From Geotalea daltonii FRC-32 (GTDB lineage Bacteria; Desulfobacterota; Desulfuromonadia; Geobacterales; Geobacteraceae), in NCBI RefSeq assembly GCF_000022265.1, contig NC_011979.1, positions 1,110,001-1,142,000 on the forward strand: DNA of 32,000 bases. The letters run 5' to 3'. Under the pieces are notes generated by a model. It was not told the origin of the DNA and did not search any database. It saw only the letters and a program-made list of their open reading frames with translations. Shown in pieces: positions 9,440 to 18,905 of this stretch. Each line of letters starts with the position of its first letter. Within the stretch, counting starts at the first letter, position 1. Position numbers and translations under genes: made by a program.

Positions 9440-10870
9440 ATGGGAAACCGTTTTTTCATCATTCTGCTGATTTTTGTCAGCCTCCTTCCGGCATGCAGAA
9501 AAACAGAGGAGGCATACTTCTCCGAATCCAGCCGTAAGGGTACTGCCGAAGCCCCGGTCAAGGAAGTGCCCAAGGATATACTTGCCACACAGCAGGCTTT
9601 TTCCAATGTGGTGAAGGTGGTAAACCCGGCAGTCGTCAATATCTCCACCGTAAGCAAGAAAAAATTGGTCCAGCCTTTCTTCGAGATGTCTCCGTTTTTT
9701 GAGGATTTTTTTGGCGGCCGGGGAGGGATGCCCCAGTACCGGCGTGAGAACAGTCTCGGCTCCGGCTTCATCATCAGCAAGGATGGCTACATCATTACCA
9801 ACGATCATGTGGTGAGGGATGCCGAGAGCATCCAGGTCACCCTTTCCGATGAAAAAACCTACAAGGGCAAGGTTGTCGGCGGCGATCCCAAGACCGACAT
9901 CGCTGTAATAAAGATAAATGCCAACGGAGACCTTCCCGTAGCTGTCCTCGGTGATTCCGACAAACTGAGCGTGGGCCAGTGGAGCATTGCCATCGGCAAT
10001 CCCTTCGGCCTCAATCGTACAGTCACGGTGGGGGTCATATCCGCCACAGGCCGCTCCAACATGGGCATCGAAACCTATGAAAACTTCATCCAGACCGATG
10101 CATCCATTAATCCGGGGAATTCAGGCGGGCCCCTGCTCAACGTTTACGGGGAGGTAATAGGCATCAACACGGCCATTGTTGCCTCGGGACAGGGGATCGG
10201 CTTTGCCATTCCCATTAACATGGCCAAAATTGCCGTGCCGCAACTGATCAAAAAGGGTAATGTCACCCGCGGCTGGCTGGGGGTTTCCATACAGCCGGTT
10301 ACGGAAGATCTGGCCCAATCTTTCGGATTGAACAAGACGCAGGGTGCGCTGGTCAGCGATGTTGTTCCGGGAAGTCCTGCAGCCAAGGCGGGAGTCAGGC
10401 AAGGCGATATCATTACCGGTTTTGCCGGTAAGGAGATAAAATCAGTGCAGCAGCTACAGTTGACGGTCGCCAATACTCCCGTCGGCTCTGCGGTGGAAAT
10501 AGAGGTGCTGCGGGAAGGGCAGACTAAAAAGCTTACCGTAGCACCGGCTTCAGCGGACAGTGCGGCTGCGTTGGCGCCGGCTCCTTCGGAAGCAGGTTCG
10601 GCGGCACTGGGTCTTGCAGTCGCAGACTTGCCAAGGGAACTGAAACAGACAGGGCTGCAAGGGGTAATTGTAACGGATGTGGAAGAGGGGGGGCTGGCGG
10701 CGGAAAGCGGTATCCAGCAGGGAGATGTGCTGGTCTCGGTGAATCAGAAGAAGATTTCCGGCACCGGGGATTATGCCAGGGCTATCAAGGATGCGGAACG
10801 CAAGGGCTCGGTTGCCCTCTTGGTGAGAAGGGGAAATGCCAGCATATACTTCGCCATGAAAATAAGGTAG
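9440..10870 (+). CDS. htrA: HtrA/DegP-family periplasmic serine endoprotease with two PDZ domains
   Basis: 476 aa with an N-terminal signal sequence. Catalytic triad contexts are TNDHVV, DIAVIK and GNSGGPL. Two PDZ-like blocks are present (GALVSDVVPGSPAAKAGVRQGDII and GVIVTDVEEGGLAAESGIQQGDVL). Confidence 0.9.
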   Translation: MGNRFFIILLIFVSLLPACRKTEEAYFSESSRKGTAEAPVKEVPKDILATQQAFSNVVKVVNPAVVNISTVSKKKLVQPFFEMSPFFEDFFGGRGGMPQYRRENSLGSGFIISKDGYIITNDHVVRDAESIQVTLSDEKTYKGKVVGGDPKTDIAVIKINANGDLPVAVLGDSDKLSVGQWSIAIGNPFGLNRTVTVGVISATGRSNMGIETYENFIQTDASINPGNSGGPLLNVYGEVIGINTAIVASGQGIGFAIPINMAKIAVPQLIKKGNVTRGWLGVSIQPVTEDLAQSFGLNKTQGALVSDVVPGSPAAKAGVRQGDIITGFAGKEIKSVQQLQLTVANTPVGSAVEIEVLREGQTKKLTVAPASADSAAALAPAPSEAGSAALGLAVADLPRELKQTGLQGVIVTDVEEGGLAAESGIQQGDVLVSVNQKKISGTGDYARAIKDAERKGSVALLVRRGNASIYFAMKIR

Positions 10871-10926
10871 TATCTGCAATCGAAATAAGTTACATTGCCT
10901 AAAAAAATCATTGGTCAGGTGAGAGC

Positions 10927-11190
10927 ATGAGTCTTATAGACAATCCTGAACAGGCCAGGCGGCTGGCGAGGGCCATCATTTCCGACGTTGCCATTTACAA
11001 TCGGGAAAAGGTGGAGCAGGGGATAAAGAACGATAATATCTTTGAATTGCTCACGGAAGAGCTGGACGAGGGTCGTCAACATTTCAATACCAGGGTTTCC
11101 CCTGAAATTGCCCAATCCAACGTCTTCGAGATTGCTGTCGTTGATGTACTCATCAAACGGTCGGGCAAAATAGAATCTTCAATCTGGTAA
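10927..11190 (+). CDS. hypothetical protein (87 aa)
   Basis: ORF with AGGTGAG RBS, followed by a strong hairpin plus T-run. No motif recognised. Confidence 0.5.
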   Translation: MSLIDNPEQARRLARAIISDVAIYNREKVEQGIKNDNIFELLTEELDEGRQHFNTRVSPEIAQSNVFEIAVVDVLIKRSGKIESSIW

Positions 11191-11214
11191 GCTGCGGTTC
11201 ATAGAACATCATCC

Positions 11215-11251
11215 GGAGGCGCGGTTTGTCAAATCGCGCCTCATTTTTTTT
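11215..11251 (+). terminator. rho-independent terminator candidate
   Basis: GGAGGCGCG (11215-11223) pairs with CGCGCCTC (11235-11242), followed by ATTTTTTTT. Confidence 0.55.
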
Positions 11252-11265
11252 CACAGGGCATTGAA

Positions 11266-12225
11266 GTGACAGACATTGAATTAACCGTACCGGAAAACAC
11301 GGAAGCGGAACGGCTGGACAGTTACATCGCGCGGACGGTGGAGACCCTGACCAGGGCAGCGGTGCAACGTCTTATGGAAAGCGGCATGATAACGGTCAAT
11401 GGGATGCCGCCAAAGCCTTCACTGAAGCTCAAAGGGGGGGAGCAGCTGAAAATAGCTGTTCCACCGCCGGTCGAGGCAGGGCCTGCCCCTGAAAACATTC
11501 CCCTGGAGATCCTTTACGAGGATCGCGATCTGGTGGTGGTCAACAAGGGTGCCGGCATGGTGGTTCACCCGGGCGCAGGCAACAGCGGGGGAACCCTCGT
11601 CAATGCCCTTCTCGGTCACTGCACGGACCTTTCGGGCATCGGGGGGGAATTGCGCCCCGGCATAGTCCATCGCATCGACAAGGACACCTCCGGCATCCTG
11701 GTTGTGGCCAAGAATGACGCATCCCATCTGGCCCTGTCGGAACAATTCCGGGAACACAGCATCAAGAGGATTTACATTGCCATTGTCTATGGCTCTCCCA
11801 AGACGGACAGCGGGCGCCTGGAATCGATAATCGGCCGCCACCCGGTGGACAGAAAACGCATGTCCGGCAAAGCGCGGCACGGCAAGCATGCCGTGACCCA
11901 CTGGCGGGTTATCGGCCGTTACCCGGGAATGTGTCTGATCCGCCTGCGCCTGGAAACCGGCCGCACCCACCAGATAAGGGTTCATCTCTCCGAAGCGGGT
12001 CATCCATTGGTGGGAGACGAAGTCTATGGAGGCGGAGCCCGCCTTGATTCGGTAAAAGACCCGGTGCTGCGCAGGCTGATCAGGGAGCTTGGGCGACAGG
12101 CGCTCCACGCCAAGACCCTCGGCTTCGTTCACCCTTCCACGAAAGAGTACCTTGAATTCGATACGGACCTTCCCCGGGACATGGCGACAATCGTCGAGCA
12201 CCTGGAGAAGTCGTCCCAGCCATGA
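11266..12225 (+). CDS. rluD: 23S rRNA pseudouridine synthase, RluD/RluA family
   Basis: GTG start. N-terminal S4-like segment (RLDSYIA...). Catalytic motif HRIDKDTSGILVVAK and C-terminal THQIRVH block are present. It is followed by a yfiH/pgeF homologue, as in the classical rluD-yfiH arrangement. Confidence 0.9.
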   Translation: MTDIELTVPENTEAERLDSYIARTVETLTRAAVQRLMESGMITVNGMPPKPSLKLKGGEQLKIAVPPPVEAGPAPENIPLEILYEDRDLVVVNKGAGMVVHPGAGNSGGTLVNALLGHCTDLSGIGGELRPGIVHRIDKDTSGILVVAKNDASHLALSEQFREHSIKRIYIAIVYGSPKTDSGRLESIIGRHPVDRKRMSGKARHGKHAVTHWRVIGRYPGMCLIRLRLETGRTHQIRVHLSEAGHPLVGDEVYGGGARLDSVKDPVLRRLIRELGRQALHAKTLGFVHPSTKEYLEFDTDLPRDMATIVEHLEKSSQP

Positions 12226-12253
12226 TAAATATAGTTACGAAGGATAATAAAAT

Positions 12254-13051
12254 ATGGAAATGAAAAAAGCAGGCAAGATCCACTATCTTGAGCCCCAGAA
12301 GATGATGAAATGTGGGGGAGCGGTGATGGGCTTCACTACCCGTCACGAGGGGGTCTCCAGGCCTCCTTACAACTCTCTCAATCTGGGCTCCAACACCTTC
12401 GATTCTCCCCACAGTGTTGAAGGCAATCGCAGCCTGCTTGCCCGGTCAGTCGGCGCAAGTCTTGACCGTCTGGTGACTGTGAAGCAGGTGCATGGCACCG
12501 ACCTGTTAGTCATAGATGCCCCCAATCCCGATTTTGCCCATTTCCATGCCCTGGAATGCGACGGTATCATTACCAACCAACCGCAGGTCCTGATCGGCAT
12601 TACCGTTGCCGATTGCGTGCCCGTCCTTCTCCTGGATCCGGTGAAGGGCGCGGTTGCTGCAATTCACGCCGGCTGGAAAGGGACTGCCGCCGAGATCTGC
12701 AAGAAAGGGGTCAACGCCTTGAAAGAACTGTTCGGCTCTGCCAGTGGCGATATCCTGGCTGCCATCGGTCCCGCCATCGGTCCCTGCTGTTACGAGGTGG
12801 ATGCGCCGGTGATGGAGGCATTCAAAAAAGGGGCCTCCGGCTGGGAGTTGCATGCGGTGCCCCGGGGGGAAGGTAAATGGGGGTTGGATTTGGCTGCGGC
12901 AAACCGGCGGCAGTTGCTGGAAACTGGAATCATTGAGGAGAATATATCCGAATCCGAGCAGTGCGTCAGCTGCAACCCTGATCTATTTTTCTCCTATCGC
13001 CGGGATCAGGGGGATACGGGGCGGCAGATGGGATTCATCATGTTGAAATAG
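12254..13051 (+). CDS. pgeF: YfiH/PgeF family protein (peptidoglycan editing factor / purine nucleoside phosphorylase-like, DUF152)
   Basis: 265 aa with family motifs GITVADCVPVLL, HAGWKG and CCYEV. Located directly after rluD. Confidence 0.85.
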   Translation: MEMKKAGKIHYLEPQKMMKCGGAVMGFTTRHEGVSRPPYNSLNLGSNTFDSPHSVEGNRSLLARSVGASLDRLVTVKQVHGTDLLVIDAPNPDFAHFHALECDGIITNQPQVLIGITVADCVPVLLLDPVKGAVAAIHAGWKGTAAEICKKGVNALKELFGSASGDILAAIGPAIGPCCYEVDAPVMEAFKKGASGWELHAVPRGEGKWGLDLAAANRRQLLETGIIEENISESEQCVSCNPDLFFSYRRDQGDTGRQMGFIMLK

Positions 13052-13240
13052 GAAAAACGATCCTTTTTCGCCCTGGCGGTGTCAATCTTCGGACTTGCTT
13101 GTGCGGCGTACTGGTGTACGCCTCCGCGCAATCTCTCGATTTCCTTGCCAGAACGAAAAATCCCTCGTTTTTATGCTAGCGGTATTCCAGCTCTTCTGCC
13201 ATTGATGCAGGAAACACTACTTTTTCGGGAGGATGTACAA

Positions 13241-14089
13241 ATGCAAACTGTTTTCAGATCTGTACTTCTTTTAGTGGCATCGCTTTTTACCTTCGGCTGT
13301 GCCCAGAATTTTTACAATGTTCCCAGGGACGTCTACGAAAAACAGGTGCGTACTCTGGGGGTAGCGCCGATTTTTGTGGATGGCGGTTCAGACATCCAGC
13401 ATCCGGAAAAGGATGCAGTTGTGAACCTGCTCCGGGAAAACAATCGCAAGAACGAAAAGGAACTGGTGGCGCAACTCAGGGAGACCGGGACTTACTTTGC
13501 CGTGCGACTGCTGGAAGATGATGCCGATCAGCTTTTTTCAACGCTCCTGTCGCGTCGAGAACGGCGCGACGACGCGGGGGTAAAATACAACAAGTATTTC
13601 TTCAAGCCTGAAGAGCTGAAGAACCTGATCGCCAAAAACGGCGTCGATGCCCTCATGCTGGTGACAATTAACGGCCTTACCAGGCCGGAAAAAATCTACT
13701 CAAGCAACCTCCTTTCCTACCTGGACAGCGATTACAACTACCTGGCAGTTTCCGCCCAGATCATGGATGCCGATGGCAACACCCTCTGGGAATACCCCAA
13801 TTTCCGCCAGCGCTCCCTCACCTATCCGATGCTGTTCTCACTCCAGTATCCTGATTTTGATGAAGCTGCAGCCAACGAAAGCGACAGGGTCGAGGTAAGG
13901 TTCAAGACCATTGCCGGCATCGCCAGGGCTTTTGCCAAGATGGAATCCGCCAGCAAGGGCAAGGGGCAGGTTTCCATCCTTTACAATAATATCTTCGGCG
14001 ACATGGTTTCCCTGCAGGAGCCCGAGCGTAATTTCTTCGGCGGCAGGAAGTCGGACGATAAAGTACAGAAAGCTGCCGAACAGAAGTGA
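13241..14089 (+). CDS. putative lipoprotein, function unknown
   Basis: ATG at 13241 is preceded by GGGAGGA; the track start at 13079 lacks an RBS. N-terminus MQTVFRSVLLLVASLFTFGC has a lipobox-like FGC. Confidence 0.6.
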   Translation: MQTVFRSVLLLVASLFTFGCAQNFYNVPRDVYEKQVRTLGVAPIFVDGGSDIQHPEKDAVVNLLRENNRKNEKELVAQLRETGTYFAVRLLEDDADQLFSTLLSRRERRDDAGVKYNKYFFKPEELKNLIAKNGVDALMLVTINGLTRPEKIYSSNLLSYLDSDYNYLAVSAQIMDADGNTLWEYPNFRQRSLTYPMLFSLQYPDFDEAAANESDRVEVRFKTIAGIARAFAKMESASKGKGQVSILYNNIFGDMVSLQEPERNFFGGRKSDDKVQKAAEQK

Positions 14090-14150
14090 GGAATGGCTGA
14101 TGCCTGACAGAGATGGCCGCGGCAATAAAAAGAAAAAGGATTGAGATGTC

Positions 14151-14183
14151 AAACCCGCACTGTTCAGGTGCGGGTTTTCCTTT
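14151..14183 (+). terminator. rho-independent terminator candidate
   Basis: AAACCCGCAC (14151-14160), 7-nt loop, GTGCGGGTTT (14168-14177), then a T-rich tail. Confidence 0.55.
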
Positions 14184-14263
14184 ATCCGGACCAGGCTTGC
14201 AAAAGAGACATCGCCTGTTATGTTTAATGAAGCTTACTCTGCACAGTCACTGAGGGAACTGTT

Positions 14264-16567
14264 ATGGACATGGCCACCGGCTTATTGAAGGAGCAACTGG
14301 AGTACCGCAAGCGCTTCATGGAGAAGATCAATGAGATCCACTCCGCCGCCAACCTGAACAGCATCCTGATACAGCTGAAAGACAGCATTGCCGAGCTGTT
14401 CAAAGCGGAGCGGATGACCATTTATGTGGCAGACCGGCAGCGGAACGTGCTCATTTCCCGGGTCAAATCCGGAGACGAACTGAAGCAGATTGTCGTCCCC
14501 ATCTCGCCGGAAAGCATTGCCGGCTATTGTGCCACGTCACAGCAGTTGATCAATATCACCAATGCATACGACGACCACGAGCTGAAGATGATCAACACCG
14601 GCCTTAAGTTCGACGACACTTGGGATAAGAAAACCGGCTTCCACACGGCGCAGGTGCTCTGCGTGCCGATGATCTTCGACAGCAAGCTGATCGGCGTCAT
14701 GCAGTTGATCAACAAGAAAGGTGCCGCTGCCTTCACCTCCACCGATTTGAGCTATGCCTCGGAGCTGGCAACCTCGCTGTCCATTGCCATCCACAACATC
14801 TATCGCATCAGTGCCTCGGTAAAGATTATCCGCCAAAATTCCCGCTACAATTATCTTCTGGACAAGAACCTGATCGACGAGAAGGACATCCAGAAGGCTT
14901 CAAGCCATCCGGATCTGGCAAAGATCGGTCTCGACCATCTCATCATGCGCGAATTCTCCATTTCCTCCGAGGATATGGCCAAAAGCCTCAGCCTATACTT
15001 CGGTACCGATTTCGTCTGCTTCGACGGCACCCTTCCTCCCCTGGTCGATCTTCTGGAGCGAATCAAGCCTGACCGCCTGAAAAAGGAGCGCTGGATACCG
15101 GTGAAGATTGAAAACGGCGTCCTGCAGGTGGCCATGGAAGATCCCACCGATCTGGCCAAGCAGGACCTGATCAGGTTCGTTTATCCCGAGTACCGCCGCT
15201 TGAGCTTTGTCGGCGCCTATCGCCAGGACATCGACCTCTTCATCGACCACTTCTACAATCTTGGCTCCATGGTGGGGGGCGATTCCTCCACCATCTCCGA
15301 ACTTCTCAACAGGCTTGACACCTCAGACGAGCCGGAAGTGGAGCAGGAGGTACAGAAAGTCTCCGACCAGGATAGCGTCATCGTCCAGCTGGTGAACAAG
15401 ATTGTCTGCGATGCCTACAATGCCAAGGCATCCGATATTCATATCGAACCCTACCCGGGAAAGAATGACGTCCTGGTACGGATCAGGATCGACGGCCGCT
15501 GCAAGATCTATCAGCGCATTCCATATAAATACAAGCATGCCATCACCTCCCGCATCAAGATCATGTCCGGGCTCGACATCGCAGAACGGCGCAAGCCCCA
15601 GGATGGCAAGATCGACTTCAAGAAGTTCGGTCCCATCGACGTGGAACTGCGGGTTGCCACTCTCCCCACCGCCGGCCAGCTGGAAGACGTGGTGCTGAGG
15701 GTACTTGCCTCAGGCGAGCCGATTCCCTTCGACAAGCTGGGCCTTACCTCCCGCAATACCAGGATATTTGAAGAGTCCATCAAGAAACCATACGGTCTGA
15801 TCCTTGTGGTGGGTCCCACCGGCTCGGGCAAGACGACCACCCTGCACTCGGCCGTGGCCCGCATCAACGACCCCGAAACGAAGATCTGGACTGCCGAAGA
15901 CCCGGTGGAGATCACCCAGAAGGGGTTGCGCCAGGTACAGGTCAACTCCCGCATCGGCTTTACCTTTGCCGCCGCCCTGCGCTCATTCCTGCGTGCCGAC
16001 CCGGATGTGATCATGGTCGGGGAGATGCGGGACGCCGAAACGACCTCAACCGGCATCGAGGCTTCCCTCACCGGCCACCTGGTGTTTTCCACACTCCATA
16101 CCAACTCTGCTCCGGAGACAGTCACCAGGCTTCTGGACATGGGGATGGACCCGTTCAGCTTCTCCGACGCCCTCCTCTGTATCCTCGCCCAGCGCCTTGC
16201 CCGCAGGCTCTGTCACGATTGCCGGGAGATCTATATCCCCGAGCAAAGGGAGTTGGACGGAATTATAGAGGAATACGGCGCCGAACACTTTGCCCGGCTT
16301 GGCATGGACAGGGGAGAGATCAAGCTCGCACGGGCCAAGGGATGCGCAAAATGCAATGAAACCGGTTACAAAGGGCGGCTCGGCCTGCACGAGATCCTGG
16401 AGTGCACCGATGCCATGAAGGCCCTCATCAAGCGCAAGGAAGAAGTGGATACCATCCGACGGCAGGCCATAGCCGACGGCATGACCACCCTCAAGCAGGA
16501 CGGCATCCTCAAGGTGTTCCAGGGGCTGACGGACTTAAAAGAAGTCCGCCGGGTCTGCATCAAGTAA
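14264..16567 (+). CDS. GspE/PilB-family secretion ATPase with N-terminal GAF domain
   Basis: 767 aa. Walker A GPTGSGKTTT, Asp box/Walker B DPDVIMVGEMRD, His box GHLVFSTLHTN and a tetracysteine motif (CHDC...CAKC) are present. A central T2SE N-terminal-like segment is present. The first ~170 aa look GAF-like (VLCVPMIFDSKLIGVMQLINK). Confidence 0.9.
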   Translation: MDMATGLLKEQLEYRKRFMEKINEIHSAANLNSILIQLKDSIAELFKAERMTIYVADRQRNVLISRVKSGDELKQIVVPISPESIAGYCATSQQLINITNAYDDHELKMINTGLKFDDTWDKKTGFHTAQVLCVPMIFDSKLIGVMQLINKKGAAAFTSTDLSYASELATSLSIAIHNIYRISASVKIIRQNSRYNYLLDKNLIDEKDIQKASSHPDLAKIGLDHLIMREFSISSEDMAKSLSLYFGTDFVCFDGTLPPLVDLLERIKPDRLKKERWIPVKIENGVLQVAMEDPTDLAKQDLIRFVYPEYRRLSFVGAYRQDIDLFIDHFYNLGSMVGGDSSTISELLNRLDTSDEPEVEQEVQKVSDQDSVIVQLVNKIVCDAYNAKASDIHIEPYPGKNDVLVRIRIDGRCKIYQRIPYKYKHAITSRIKIMSGLDIAERRKPQDGKIDFKKFGPIDVELRVATLPTAGQLEDVVLRVLASGEPIPFDKLGLTSRNTRIFEESIKKPYGLILVVGPTGSGKTTTLHSAVARINDPETKIWTAEDPVEITQKGLRQVQVNSRIGFTFAAALRSFLRADPDVIMVGEMRDAETTSTGIEASLTGHLVFSTLHTNSAPETVTRLLDMGMDPFSFSDALLCILAQRLARRLCHDCREIYIPEQRELDGIIEEYGAEHFARLGMDRGEIKLARAKGCAKCNETGYKGRLGLHEILECTDAMKALIKRKEEVDTIRRQAIADGMTTLKQDGILKVFQGLTDLKEVRRVCIK

Positions 16568-16575
16568 GGCTCCCC

Positions 16576-18567
16576 ATGAAGAATCCTCTCAGGCAAATCG
16601 GCAGCATCCCGGCCCCGGCCTGGCGGGGCCTGATCGGCATGCTCGTCACTGTCCTCATGGTGGTGTTGATGCTCCGCCAGTTCTACCCCCTGGAACTGCT
16701 GGAGATGAAACTTTTCGACACCGGCTTCAAGCTCCGCGGCGCCGTCACCTCTCCCGAAGCTGTCGCCATTGCCGAAATAGACGAAAAAAGCCTGCAGAAA
16801 ATCGGCCGCTGGCCCTGGGATCGGTCAGTGATGGCCCGTCTGGTGGATCGCCTTGCCGAGGCTAATGTCGCCGTCATTGCCTTCGATGTCATTTTTTCGG
16901 AAGCCGATGAAAGCGACCCCCTCTTTGCCAAAGCCATCAGCAGGGCCGGCAATGTCATCCTTCCCATAGTGTTCGATTTTCACGGGTCTCCAGCCGGTAA
17001 ACCGGATCCGCTTCTTGATACCTCCTCCTATAGCAACATTAAAAATCGGCACCTTCTGAATGATTTTGTTCCCCCCTCGGCAAATAGGGTCAATCTCCCT
17101 GTTCCAGCATTGAGCCATGAAGCCATGGGCTTTGGCCACATCAGCATGCTCCCGGACAGCGACGGCACCATGCGCTGGGAGCCGCTCGTCGTCTCCTGCG
17201 GTGGCCGCTACTTTTCCCCCCTTGGGTTGCAGGCGGCAGCCTATTTCCTCGGCGTGCCCCCGGAAAGCATCACCGTCAGGGCAACGGAGTCAGTTACCGT
17301 CGGACAGACTGTCATTCCTACCGATGTCTGGGGACGCACCATCATCAACTATTATGGCCCCGGCGGCTCCTTTCCCCATTATTCCATCAGCGACATCCTC
17401 GACGGTACCGTCCCGGCGAAGCAGCTTGAGAACCGGGTCATCCTGATCGGAGCTACCGCTCCCGGCATCTATGACCTGCGGGTAACCCCCATGGCGGCGG
17501 CCATGCCCGGGGTCGAAAAACATGCCGCCATCGCTGCCTCCATCATAGATCGTTCCTTCATCCGCAAAGTATCTGGTATTGCCGATCTGGCGGTACTTAT
17601 CGGCAGCGGCCTGCTCCTGACACTGATCCTCAGCCGGCGGAAGATCGTCGGTGCCATAACGGCAACGGCTGTAGGTATGCTGGCACTCTTCATCTCCGGC
17701 TACCTGCTCTTCAGCCTGAAGGGCATCTGGCTCAATCTGGCCTATCCCAGCAATAACCTGCTCTTCATCTTCATCGGCGTTACTGCCTTCAACTATGCCT
17801 TCGAGGAGCAGCGGGCCAGGAAAATCAGGGCCATGTTCTCCAACTATGTCACCCGCACCATCGTCAACGAGCTGATTGACAACCCGGAGATGGCGAAGCT
17901 TGGGGGGGAGCGGCGAGAGGTGACGGTGCTGTTCAGCGACCTGGTGGGGTTTACCACCTTTTCCGAGCAGCACTCGCCCGAGGAGGTGGTGGCGATCCTC
18001 AATGAATACCTGGGGGCAATGACCGACGTCATTCTCAAGTGGCAGGGGACCCTGGACAAGTTCATCGGCGACGCCATCGTCGTCTTCTGGGGGGCGCCCC
18101 TGCCGGCGGCGGACCACGCCGAGCGGGCCATCGGCTGCGCCGCGGAAATGGCCAGGGAGATGAAGCGATTGCGGGAAAAGTGGCTGGCGGAGGGAAAAAC
18201 GGCGCTCCACGCCGGCATCGGCATCAATACCGGCGAAGTGCTGGTGGGGAACATCGGCGCCCTGGGCAAGAAGATGGATTACACCGTCATCGGCGACCAG
18301 GTGAATCTTGGCTCCCGGGTGGAATCCCTGACCCGCCACTACCAAGTGCCGATCCTCATCACCGCCAACACCGTAGCCAAGCTCTGCGGTAGGGAGCCGG
18401 ATGTAAGGTTGTCAGGGCTGTCCATCCACGGTATTGAACGGGTGATTGTCAAGGGGAAGGAAGAGCCGGTTGGACTTTACCGCCTGGAGGAACAGCCGGA
18501 CCCCTCCCAGTCCCTTGTTATCGAAGACTGCCCCGAGGGGGCGGTGGTTCGATTTGCGGAGAAATGA
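16576..18567 (+). CDS. CHASE2 sensor domain - transmembrane - class III adenylate/guanylate cyclase
   Basis: ATG at 16576 lies 8 nt after the GspE stop; the track start at 16402 would overlap GspE by 166 nt. The CHASE2 signature is IAEIDEKSLQKIGRWPWDRSVMARLVDRL...IAFDVIFSE. Cyclase motifs are VTVLFSDLVGFT, KFIGDAIVVFWGAP and YTVIGDQVNLGSRVE. Confidence 0.85.
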   Translation: MKNPLRQIGSIPAPAWRGLIGMLVTVLMVVLMLRQFYPLELLEMKLFDTGFKLRGAVTSPEAVAIAEIDEKSLQKIGRWPWDRSVMARLVDRLAEANVAVIAFDVIFSEADESDPLFAKAISRAGNVILPIVFDFHGSPAGKPDPLLDTSSYSNIKNRHLLNDFVPPSANRVNLPVPALSHEAMGFGHISMLPDSDGTMRWEPLVVSCGGRYFSPLGLQAAAYFLGVPPESITVRATESVTVGQTVIPTDVWGRTIINYYGPGGSFPHYSISDILDGTVPAKQLENRVILIGATAPGIYDLRVTPMAAAMPGVEKHAAIAASIIDRSFIRKVSGIADLAVLIGSGLLLTLILSRRKIVGAITATAVGMLALFISGYLLFSLKGIWLNLAYPSNNLLFIFIGVTAFNYAFEEQRARKIRAMFSNYVTRTIVNELIDNPEMAKLGGERREVTVLFSDLVGFTTFSEQHSPEEVVAILNEYLGAMTDVILKWQGTLDKFIGDAIVVFWGAPLPAADHAERAIGCAAEMAREMKRLREKWLAEGKTALHAGIGINTGEVLVGNIGALGKKMDYTVIGDQVNLGSRVESLTRHYQVPILITANTVAKLCGREPDVRLSGLSIHGIERVIVKGKEEPVGLYRLEEQPDPSQSLVIEDCPEGAVVRFAEK

Positions 18568-18865
18568 TTTTTGAAATGATCTCCGTAAATTTTCTACAAA
18601 TAGGTCCACTATTCGCTTTCGAATTTCCAAATATCCATCCTCGATTTTCCATTCTCTCGCTTCGATCCCTAAGTCCGACAGACTCCTAGCTGGCAGAGAT
18701 ATTCACTGACAACAAATAACCCTTCCTACCTTTATTCCTCCATATTTGATCAATTACTAAACCACTAAGTATAAAATTATTTTATTTTAAGAAGTCAAAT
18801 CTTTGAATCAATTCTACATGTTCTGGCAGCATTTAACCTATTGAATTAAAAAGATATTTATAAGT

Positions 18866-18905
18866 ACTGTAAAATATTTTTACAACTGTAAAGAAATTTT
18901 ACAGT
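18866..18905. promoter_or_regulatory. two adjacent palindromes (operator-like) upstream of the giant gene
   Basis: ACTGTAAAA-TAT-TTTTACAAC (18866-18886, 7 of 9 arm positions pair; the core TGTAAAA/TTTTACA at 18868-18884 is perfect). ACTGTAAA-GAAAT-TTTACAGT (18885-18905) has perfect 8-bp arms. Both lie 80-120 nt upstream of the GTG at 18986. Confidence 0.35.

Noticed and set aside
11419-12201. 260-aa minus-strand ORF inside rluD
   Set aside because: The plus strand carries unmistakable pseudouridine synthase motifs. The antisense product has no motif and is Arg/Ala/Gly-rich.
15511-16140. 209-aa minus-strand ORF inside the GspE-like gene
   Set aside because: It is antisense to the Walker A/B/His-box region of a well-supported ATPase, so it is a shadow ORF.
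16402-16575. Upstream extension of the cyclase ORF given in the track
   Set aside because: It would overlap the GspE gene by 166 nt and encodes an Arg/His/Pro/Gly-rich peptide. The Met at 16576 is followed immediately by the expected N-terminal TM and CHASE2 domain.
17290-18345. 351-aa minus-strand ORF inside the cyclase gene
   Set aside because: It is antisense to the TM and cyclase catalytic region. Its composition (Gly/Asp/Pro/His-rich) is typical of a GC-rich shadow frame.
18557-18585. Hairpin CGGAGA-N17-TCTCCG after the cyclase gene as a terminator
   Set aside because: The stem is only 6 bp with a 17-nt loop and there is no clean T-run, so it is too weak to call.
18691-18705. sigma54-like TGGCAGAGATATTCA in the leader of the giant gene
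   Set aside because: The GG and TT spacing fits, but the conserved -12 GC is replaced by CA. It also lies about 290 nt from the start codon.
18866-18876. Shared CTGTAAAAT between the operator-like palindrome and the IS256 left inverted repeat (29726-29734)
   Set aside because: Only 9 nt match, in AT-rich sequence, and the similarity does not extend into the rest of the IR. It is most likely coincidence rather than an IS end relic.
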